A stretch of DNA of 5,694 nucleotides, from the IMG/VR virus record IMGVR_UViG_2671180846_000022. One strand, given 5' to 3'. This document shows, one piece after another, positions 1-5,694 of the stretch. The notes beneath the pieces were generated by a model, which made no database searches, had not been told where the DNA came from, and saw nothing but the letters and a program-made list of their open reading frames with translations. The stretch is from a virus. Its lineage: Duplodnaviria; Heunggongvirae; Uroviricota; Caudoviricetes. Within the stretch, counting starts at the first letter, position 1; each line of letters begins with the position of its first letter. Both the position numbers and the translations under genes were made by a program.

Positions 1-1
1 G

Positions 2-502
2 CGCATGATGGGGCGCGCCGGTGGGTTACTTTCGTCTGTCGGTAGCCGCATGGGGCTGGGGCGTTTCTCCGGCTTTTTCCGCAGTGCCGGTGGACTGGCC
101 GGCCGGCTGGGTGGAGGTGCCCTGTGGGCTGGCGCGATGGCAGCCCCGGTTCTGCTGGATGGCAGCGCCAGTGCCACAGACAAGGGAGAAGCGGTCGGCT
201 CTCTTGCAGGCAGTATTGCCGGTGGTGCGCTGGGGGCGGCAGCCGGACCTGTGGGGATTGCCATTGGTTCTACGGTGGGCAGCTATCTCGGTAACTATCT
301 GGGGGGATGGCTGACTGAAGCCTGGCAGAAATTACGGGGCAGTGATGATGAAAGCAGTGGACAGGCGGTACAAAAAGCCTCTGCCCGTGTGGAGCTGGTT
401 GCCCCGGAAGGGTGGCAGGCTCGCAGTATTGATATTGATGACACGTCCGGTCACGGACTGGATGTGAATGTCTGGAACGGAGGGAATTATGGCCTCTGGT
501 GA
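2..502 (+). CDS. Phage tail tape measure protein, C-terminal fragment (5' end lies upstream of the window)
   Basis: The reading frame is open from the first in-frame codon at position 2 and stops at TGA 500-502. The product is Gly/Ala-rich with small-residue repeats (GGALGAAAGPVGIAIGSTVGSYLGNYLGGWL), typical of tape measure C-termini. It sits immediately upstream of the DNA circulation gene, as in Mu (gp42 then gp43). Assignment rests on composition and synteny, not a confirmed homology hit. Confidence 0.6.
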   Translation, partial: RMMGRAGGLLSSVGSRMGLGRFSGFFRSAGGLAGRLGGGALWAGAMAAPVLLDGSASATDKGEAVGSLAGSIAGGALGAAAGPVGIAIGSTVGSYLGNYLGGWLTEAWQKLRGSDDESSGQAVQKASARVELVAPEGWQARSIDIDDTSGHGLDVNVWNGGNYGLW

Positions 503-1838
503 CGGTCGTGGTGCGTTCCGTGGTGTGCCGTTCCTCGTCTGGCGTGAGCAGCGCGAACGTGGTGGGCGAAACATTGTCCGTCGGGAATATCCGTTACGGG
601 AAACCGGTGGTGCAGACGATCTGGGACCTAAACTGGCTGAATTTACGTTCAGTGTACTTGTGATGGGGGATGATGTTCAGACACAGCGAAATCGTCTGCG
701 TGATGCCCTTCGTGCTCCCGGTGCCGGGGAGCTGCTTCACCCGGATTACGGCACGTTAAATGTGCTGATAAACAGCTTTGAAAGTCGTTATAACGCCGCT
801 GAACAGGGCGTGGTTGAGTTCACCATTAATGTCACGCCGGTAAGTGATGATACCGCACCTGCTGTCACACAGGACACGGCCGCCATTCTGGAGCAGAAGA
901 GTACCACCGCGCTCGGGCAGGTTTTTGAAACCCTGGAAGCGGGCTGGACGGTGATCTCTGACGGAATGCACGATGTCCAGGCAATGACCGAAACCATCAG
1001 TGATAAGGTGTCCGCCCTGGAAAATGCCGTTTCCGGCATGGGGATTGTACAGGATATCAGTGCCTTTACTGCCACGTTCACGGCGCTGAAAGGGAATGCC
1101 ACGGCATTACTGACAGCACCTTCCCGCATGGCCTCATCTTTTGCGGGGCTTTTCAGTGCCCTGATCACCCTGCCATCGCTGCCGTCACTGTCTTCAGGAG
1201 GCCTGAATACCCGGCCCGGTGGCAGTATCGGCCGGACGACATCCGCCGTCTCTCAGGGAATGCCGCAACTGTACAGGACATTATCTTCCCTGCGTTACGT
1301 GCTGGATGAGCAGGATAATCCGCAGACTCTCATCGGTCTGACACCGGCAGCACAAAAGAATATTCGTCTGATACGGGCGGTAATGCAGAGTGCTGCCGTG
1401 GTGGCCCAGGCACAGACCGTGGGAAAACTGCTGGATCAGGTTCTCAGTCAGGAAACCCTGCCGGACAGTGACGCAGCCCACCGTACCTGGCCTGTCTGGC
1501 TGGAAAGTTCAGTTGATCTTCAGCGCATTAACCGTGACTTAAGCGAAGCGCTCGAACGGCAGGTGATGACACTGTCCGGGCAGGGGTATACCGCCACGGC
1601 GCTGACGCTTCGTGATGCCAGACTGGCACTGACAGAGGATCTGAATACACGGGGAGTTCAGCTACCCGGTGCAACAGTAGTGACTGTACGTACCACCGAG
1701 CCTGCACTGGTGACCCTGTACCGTGCCACCGGGAACAGTACCGGCTGGCAACGTTTTGTGCGCCGTAACGGTATTGTTGATCCGCTGTTCATTCCCGGAG
1801 GCCATTCAGTGGAGGTGATTAGTGAGCAGCAGGGTTGA
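489..1838 (+). CDS. Phage DNA circulation protein (Mu gp43/N-like, DNA_circ_N family)
   Basis: The ORF 468-1838 is 456 aa. The preferred start is ATG 489 (MASGDGRGAFRGVPF...), preceded by GGAGGG at 479-484; the alternative ATG at 468 has no obvious Shine-Dalgarno sequence. The N-terminal FRGVPF motif and a length of about 450 aa fit Mu N-like proteins. It overlaps the upstream stop by 14 nt. Confidence 0.75.
   Translation: MASGDGRGAFRGVPFLVWREQRERGGRNIVRREYPLRETGGADDLGPKLAEFTFSVLVMGDDVQTQRNRLRDALRAPGAGELLHPDYGTLNVLINSFESRYNAAEQGVVEFTINVTPVSDDTAPAVTQDTAAILEQKSTTALGQVFETLEAGWTVISDGMHDVQAMTETISDKVSALENAVSGMGIVQDISAFTATFTALKGNATALLTAPSRMASSFAGLFSALITLPSLPSLSSGGLNTRPGGSIGRTTSAVSQGMPQLYRTLSSLRYVLDEQDNPQTLIGLTPAAQKNIRLIRAVMQSAAVVAQAQTVGKLLDQVLSQETLPDSDAAHRTWPVWLESSVDLQRINRDLSEALERQVMTLSGQGYTATALTLRDARLALTEDLNTRGVQLPGATVVTVRTTEPALVTLYRATGNSTGWQRFVRRNGIVDPLFIPGGHSVEVISEQQG
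1811..1815 (+). promoter_or_regulatory. Shine-Dalgarno sequence (GGAGG) for the hub gene GTG start
   Basis: GGAGG lies 6 nt upstream of GTG 1822, inside the 3' end of the DNA circulation gene. Confidence 0.55.
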
Positions 1839-2946
1839 ACTGTATCTGGGCGGTGAGATTTTTTCCGGCTGGCTGACGGTGAGTGTTCGTCGCTCTCTTG
1901 AACATCTGGCGGGCTCCTTTGAACTGGGGGTAATGATGCCCGGTGTACGCCTTCCGTCATCCGTCCGTGCCGGTCAGTCTCTGGAATTGCGCATTGACGG
2001 TCAGCCTGTGATCACTGGCTGGCTGGATCAGGTCCGGCAGCGCATCAGCGCCACGCGTTTTCAGATCACGCTCAGCGGACGGGATAAAACCGGTGACCTG
2101 GTGGACTGTTCAGCCATTCATCCGGGCAGCCAGTGGAGGAACCGCACGCTGGAGCACATTGCTTCAGATTTGTGTGCTCCGTTCGGGGTCACGGTGCGCT
2201 GGCAGGTAAATGATGCAACGGCAGCCCGGCCCTTTTCCACCTTCACACTGGAAAATTCAGAAACCGTGGCAGATGCGCTGACACGGGCCGCGAGACACAG
2301 AGGCGTCCTGGTAACCAGTAATGCCGCCGGTGAACTGGTTTTCACTCAGGCCGGCAGTCAGCGTGGCGACACGCTGACGCTGGGCGAAAATCTGCTGGAT
2401 TTGGATCACAACGTGGATCACCGTCTGCGCCACAGTGAATACCGTGTACGGGGGCACGGGCGTGGTGGTGGTCATGCCGGGGATGCACTGACAGCCGGAA
2501 CGCTGGCCGCACCCGTTGGTACGGTGACAGACAGTGCCATCCACCGTTACAGACCGAAAATTGTGCTGGCGGATCATGCTGTTGATGCAGACGGTGCACG
2601 CCAGAGGGCTGTCCGGGAAATGCGCCGGGCGGTTGCCCGCTCTGTGCGCCTGACAGCCACCGTGCGGCACTGGTTTCGGGAGAACGGCCAGTTGTGGGAT
2701 ATCAACCTGCTGACGGCTGTCACGGCTCCCCGCACCGGAGTGGAAGAGCGTGATCTTCTTGTCTGTCAGGTGGAGTTTTCGCTGGATGCAAATCACGGCG
2801 AAACCACCCGTCTGATTCTGGCACCCCGTGACGGCTTTATTGTTCCGGCAGAGCCGGGAAACAGCGGAAGCGGAAATGCGGGTGACGTGGACGCCTTCGT
2901 GCGGGCACAGATGAAAAAACAGGGGATTAAATTCAATGATGAATGA
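1822..2946 (+). CDS. Baseplate hub protein (Mu gp44/P-like; P2 gpD / Phage_GPD family)
   Basis: 374 aa ORF with a GTG start at 1822, preceded by GGAGG at 1811-1815 with a 6-nt spacer. It overlaps the upstream gene by 17 nt. Size and position match Mu gp44 (about 379 aa), directly upstream of the spike gene. Confidence 0.75.
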   Translation: MSSRVELYLGGEIFSGWLTVSVRRSLEHLAGSFELGVMMPGVRLPSSVRAGQSLELRIDGQPVITGWLDQVRQRISATRFQITLSGRDKTGDLVDCSAIHPGSQWRNRTLEHIASDLCAPFGVTVRWQVNDATAARPFSTFTLENSETVADALTRAARHRGVLVTSNAAGELVFTQAGSQRGDTLTLGENLLDLDHNVDHRLRHSEYRVRGHGRGGGHAGDALTAGTLAAPVGTVTDSAIHRYRPKIVLADHAVDADGARQRAVREMRRAVARSVRLTATVRHWFRENGQLWDINLLTAVTAPRTGVEERDLLVCQVEFSLDANHGETTRLILAPRDGFIVPAEPGNSGSGNAGDVDAFVRAQMKKQGIKFNDE

Positions 2947-3550
2947 CGAAGTCATCAGCCGCCTTCTGGCCCCCGTGATGCGGGGTGTTCGTCTGCTGTT
3001 CGGGCGTGGTGTACTGACCGGCACAACGGACACGCTGAAAATCCAGAATGTGCAAATCACCGGTATGGATGGTGAAACCTTTGATGACGTTGAACGCCCC
3101 CAGCAGTACGGGCAAATCAGCGTCCCCCTGCCTGGTGCGGAAGTTTTTCTGGCCTGTGCTGGCGGACAACGGGATCAGGCCGTGGTGCTTGTGGTGGAAG
3201 ACCGCCGCAGTCGCCCGACCGGACTTACCGCCGGAGATACCGGCGTGTATCACCATGAGGGGCACCGTATACGTCTGACAAAGAACGGCCGGATCATTGT
3301 GACCTGTAAGACGCTGGAGATTTACGCCGATGAAGGTGTTCAGGTGGATACACCGGAGGCTCACTTTACCGGTAATATCACAGTGGATAAGAACCTGCAT
3401 GTCAAAGGCAATGTGTCCATTGACGGCACCGGAAGATCACAGGGGGCGTTCACGATGTCCGAAGCGGTTATTGCCGGGATCACCTATTCAGGTCATGTGC
3501 ATCACGATAACGGTGAAGGCAGCAAAACGGGAGGACCAGAGAATGGCTGA
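2936..3550 (+). CDS. Baseplate central spike / baseplate assembly protein V (Mu gp45-like, gpV/gp5 OB-fold family)
   Basis: 204 aa ORF starting with tandem ATGs at 2936 and 2939. The length is about that of Mu gp45 and P2 gpV. The C-terminal region is beta-rich (GNITVDKNLHVKGNVSIDGTG) and ends in a His cluster (SGHVHHDNGEGS), consistent with a spike-tip metal-binding motif. It overlaps the hub gene stop by 11 nt. Confidence 0.75.
   Translation: MMNDEVISRLLAPVMRGVRLLFGRGVLTGTTDTLKIQNVQITGMDGETFDDVERPQQYGQISVPLPGAEVFLACAGGQRDQAVVLVVEDRRSRPTGLTAGDTGVYHHEGHRIRLTKNGRIIVTCKTLEIYADEGVQVDTPEAHFTGNITVDKNLHVKGNVSIDGTGRSQGAFTMSEAVIAGITYSGHVHHDNGEGSKTGGPENG
3529..3535 (+). promoter_or_regulatory. Shine-Dalgarno sequence (GGGAGGA) for the gp46-like gene
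   Basis: Purine-rich SD motif 7 nt upstream of ATG 3543, embedded in the 3' end of the spike gene. This is the arrangement expected for translational coupling. Confidence 0.6.
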
Positions 3551-3980
3551 TATTGCTGTCGTCTGGGATCAGGGTTGTGGTTCCCTGCAACTGAACGGCG
3601 CAGATCTTCTGACGGATAACAGCCTGCTGACTGCGGTCATTATTTCACTGTTTACGGACAGGCGGGCGCTGGATTCCGATGAAATCCCTGACGGCACCCG
3701 TGACCGTCGGGGATGGTGGGGAGACAGTTTCCGGGAGCGCCCCATTGGCTCCCGTCTCTGGCTGTTAAGCCGTGAAAAGACGCTGTCCTCCGTGGTCAGC
3801 CGTGCACAGGCCTATGCTGATGAAGCGCTGGCGTGGCTGCATAAAAGCGGTGCTGCCACATCCGTGGTATGTCATGCCATGCGTGTGGGGCATGATCGCC
3901 TTTCGCTTTCCGTGAAAATCACCCTGCCGGACGGAAGCAGACATCCGATGATTTTTTATGCTGATATGAAGGGGGAATGA
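3543..3980 (+). CDS. Baseplate wedge protein, GP46 family (Mu gp46-like, T4 gp25 / P2 gpW-like)
   Basis: The six-frame ORF runs 3330-3980, but the biologically plausible start is ATG 3543, preceded by a strong Shine-Dalgarno sequence GGGAGGA at 3529-3535 with a 7-nt spacer. That gives a 145 aa product (MADIAVVWDQGCGSLQLNGADLLTDNSLLTAV...), matching the size and N-terminus of GP46-family proteins. It overlaps the spike gene stop by 8 nt. Confidence 0.8.
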   Translation: MADIAVVWDQGCGSLQLNGADLLTDNSLLTAVIISLFTDRRALDSDEIPDGTRDRRGWWGDSFRERPIGSRLWLLSREKTLSSVVSRAQAYADEALAWLHKSGAATSVVCHAMRVGHDRLSLSVKITLPDGSRHPMIFYADMKGE

Positions 3981-5062
3981 TGCCTTATCAGCCCTTACCA
4001 CTGGCGCAACTGATCACACAGACACAACAGGATATCAGCCAGCGCCTGCCCGGTTCGCAGCCGGGCGTGAATGAAACCACCCTGAATGCCATTGCGTATG
4101 CACTGGCGGGTCTGTCAGCACAGGAGCATGAACATCTGGCCTGGATCTCCCGGCAGATAATTCCGACAGAAGCTGATGAAGCCGAACTCCTGAAACACTG
4201 CGCATTCTGGGGTGTCATCCGTAAACCGGCTTCCCGCGCTGACGGACCGGTACAACTGATGCTGACCACGGATGCAGGGATCACGGAAGGCGTACTCCTT
4301 CAGCGAAGCGATGGTGTTGTGTACCGCATCACCGGCTCTGCGACCGGAAAAGCCGGAACACTGAATGTTAATGTGGAGGCGGAAAGTGCGGGGCGCGCNG
4401 GAAATNCCCCGACCGGAACCCGCCTGTCCTTTATCACGCCACAGGCGGGCATCAACCAGACAGCCACGGTTACCGGCACGGGACTCACCGGTGGTGCGGA
4501 TGTGGAAACGGTGCCGGAGTTGCTGTCCAGGCTGGTATTCCGGGTACAGAACCCGCCATCAGGGGGAACACAGTATGATTTTGAACGCTGGGCACGGGAA
4601 GTACCGGGCGTGACGCGGGCATGGTGTAAGCCTGAATGGCCTGAGGCGGGTAGTGTTGGTGTGACTTTTGTTCAGGATAATAACCCTGACATTTTCCCCG
4701 GAGAAGGTGATGTGAAGCGGGTGGCGGATTATATCCGCAGTCATGATGATCCGGCGACGGGCCAGCCCGTTGGTCAGCCACTTGGGCCGACAATCAGCGT
4801 GTTTAAGCTGACCAATAAGCCGGTGGCGTTTGAGATCAGGATTGTACCCAAAACGCCGGAAAATCAGGCTGCCGTAAAACAGGCATTAACGGACCTGCTT
4901 TATAACGAATCGCGGCCGGGTGGACTTGTATTGCCTTCATCATTCTGGCGGGCTGTTGCAGGGGTGAAAGGACTGGAGGATTTTGAAGTTCGCAGTCCGC
5001 TGAAGTCCGTGATGGCCGGAGATACAGAGTTGCTGACCGTGGGGGAAATCACATGGCTGTAA
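3977..5062 (+). CDS. Baseplate J-like protein (Mu gp47-like, Baseplate_J family; T4 gp6 / P2 gpJ analogue)
   Basis: 361 aa ORF. The start is ATG 3977 (ATGA overlap with the upstream stop) or the adjacent ATG 3980; AAGGGGG at 3968-3974 favours 3980. Size and position immediately after the gp46-like gene match the baseplate J family. It contains two single ambiguous bases (N at 4399 and 4406) that do not break the frame. Confidence 0.8.
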   Translation: MMPYQPLPLAQLITQTQQDISQRLPGSQPGVNETTLNAIAYALAGLSAQEHEHLAWISRQIIPTEADEAELLKHCAFWGVIRKPASRADGPVQLMLTTDAGITEGVLLQRSDGVVYRITGSATGKAGTLNVNVEAESAGRXGNXPTGTRLSFITPQAGINQTATVTGTGLTGGADVETVPELLSRLVFRVQNPPSGGTQYDFERWAREVPGVTRAWCKPEWPEAGSVGVTFVQDNNPDIFPGEGDVKRVADYIRSHDDPATGQPVGQPLGPTISVFKLTNKPVAFEIRIVPKTPENQAAVKQALTDLLYNESRPGGLVLPSSFWRAVAGVKGLEDFEVRSPLKSVMAGDTELLTVGEITWL

Positions 5063-5361
5063 CCCTGACCCCGCATCAGCGNNNNNNNNNNNNNNNNNNN
5101 NNNNNNNNNNNNNNNNNNNNNNNNNNNNNNNGAGCGTGTTTCCTGGACCGGTAACCAGATGCTGGCAGAACGTTTTCCTGATTCATCCCGTCTGCTGCTG
5201 GAAGACTGGGAGCGTTATCTGGGGTTACCGGAATGTGATATGACCGGCGCAACCATTCAGGAACGTCAGCGTTATGCAGGGAATAAATACCGGATGAAAC
5301 CCTCTCTTAACCGTGAATTTTATATCCGGTTTGCGGCAGAGTTTGGTTATGAAATAGATAT
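5053..5361 (+). CDS. Tail/baseplate protein gp48-like (DUF2313, YmfQ-like), partial and interrupted by an N-run
   Basis: ATG 5053 (MAVTLTPHQ...) overlaps the gp47 stop by 10 nt. After the 50-nt N-run, the segment 5132-5361 reads ERVSWTGNQMLAERFPDSSRLLLEDWERYLGLPECDMTGATIQERQRYAGNKYRMKPSLNREFYIRFAAEFGYEIDI, resembling DUF2313/gp48 proteins. The frame before the gap (codons in register with 5053) and after it (codons in register with 5132) differ by one nucleotide, so the N-run length is not the true gap length. Confidence 0.6.
5082..5131. other. Run of 50 N (assembly gap or masked sequence) inside the gp48-like gene
   Basis: Directly visible in the sequence. The reading frame changes across it. 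Confidence 0.95.
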
Positions 5362-5440
5362 NNNNNNNNNNNNNNNNNNNNNNNNNNNNNNNNNNNNNNN
5401 NNNNNNNNNNNNNNNNNNNNNNNNNNNNNNNNNNNNNNNN
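5362..5440. other. Run of 79 N (assembly gap or masked sequence) between the gp48-like segment and the putative tail fibre N-terminus
   Basis: Directly visible in the sequence. The frame is preserved across it, but the true content is unknown. Confidence 0.95.
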
Positions 5441-5694
5441 CCGGCGCAGAGTAATACCACCACCTGGTTTACCGAAGGTGACGGACAAAAAGGTATCAGC
5501 TGGATTGGTCAGGACTGGCTGAATATTCTCCAGGCCGAACTGCTGAATATTCTGGCTGAAGCCAGTATTCAGCCGGATAAGGCGCAGTTAAACCAGCTTA
5601 CGCTGTCCATTAAAGCCATTATCGCTGCGAATGCCTTTTCCCGGAAAAACAACCTGAAAGAAATTGCTGATGCCGGTGCGGAAGCCCAGCGTCT
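5441..5694 (+). CDS. Probable tail fibre protein, N-terminal conserved region (start hidden in the N-run); alternatively the C-terminal continuation of the gp48-like gene
   Basis: Open frame with no stop to the window end, translating PAQSNTTTWFTEGDGQKGISWIGQDWLNILQAELLNILAEASIQPDKAQLNQLTLSIKAIIAANAFSRKNNLKEIADAGAEAQR. From memory this resembles the conserved N-terminal part of enterobacterial prophage tail fibre proteins. Position after gp48 matches Mu order (gp48 then tail fibre S). It is in the same frame as 5132-5361 across the 79-nt N-run, so a single longer ORF cannot be excluded. Confidence 0.4.

Noticed and set aside
21-314. Alternative + frame ORF (97 aa) inside the tape measure C-terminal region
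   Set aside because: It overlaps the longer open frame that runs in from the window edge. It is Trp/Arg/Pro-rich, typical of an off-frame read of Gly-rich coding sequence.
2257-3060. Long minus-strand ORF (267 aa) antisense to the hub and spike genes
   Set aside because: It lies entirely antisense to two well-supported, tightly coupled + strand genes. The product is low-complexity (Arg/Cys/His/Thr-rich), as expected for a chance open frame in GC-rich coding DNA. It has no credible start context.
3330-3542. Upstream extension of the gp46-like ORF to ATG 3330 (216 aa)
   Set aside because: It would overlap the spike gene by about 220 nt in another frame. The downstream ATG 3543 has a strong SD and gives a product of canonical GP46-family size.
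4485-4793. Minus-strand His/Pro-rich ORF (102 aa), and the smaller antisense or alternative-frame ORFs elsewhere (e.g. 332-574, 788-1168, 1658-1960, 2342-2599, 2933-3400, 3988-4284, 4365-4613)
   Set aside because: All lie within or antisense to the confidently called + strand genes. They have biased, low-complexity composition and no ribosome-binding context, consistent with spurious frames.
5225-5488. Minus-strand ORF spanning the second N-run
   Set aside because: It is mostly translated from N (a string of X) and is antisense to the gp48-like coding segment, so it is an artefact of the gap.
5518-5553. 12-bp direct repeat GCTGAATATTCT (5518-5529 and 5542-5553)
   Set aside because: It falls inside coding sequence and simply encodes the repeated peptide LNIL...LLNIL. 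There is no flanking structure to suggest a regulatory or recombination site, although if an invertible segment exists downstream, crossover sites should be searched for there instead.
1-5694. Search for tRNA/ncRNA, CRISPR repeats, intergenic promoters or terminators, and inserted defence or toxin cargo
   Set aside because: There are no intergenic regions in the readable sequence because all junctions overlap. No periodic repeat-spacer structure was seen and no strong stem-loop with a T-tract was noted. Any such element would have to lie in the N-masked stretches or outside the window.

Overview
This window is a contiguous, single-strand (+) block of phage tail and baseplate morphogenesis genes with the gene order and protein sizes of the Mu-like (Myoviridae-type) baseplate module. 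In order: the C-terminal end of a glycine-rich tape measure protein, a DNA circulation protein (Mu gp43/N-like), the baseplate hub (Mu gp44/P, P2 gpD-like), the central spike (Mu gp45, gpV-like), a small gp25/GP46-family wedge protein (Mu gp46), a baseplate J-like wedge protein (Mu gp47), a gp48-like (DUF2313/YmfQ-like) protein broken by N-runs, and a probable tail fibre N-terminus at the 3' edge. Every gene junction overlaps its neighbour by 4-17 nt, so there is no intergenic space and I see no promoters, terminators, RNA genes, CRISPR arrays or inserted cargo genes. Codon usage and GC content look enterobacterial, so this is most likely a prophage or phage of an E. coli-like host (inference). 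All family assignments come from reading the translated ORFs and remembering the families; no database search was run. I do not see evidence of a novel system in the readable sequence. The points most worth a second look are the two N-runs with a reading-frame discontinuity at the gp48 / tail-fibre junction and the His-rich tip of the spike protein.
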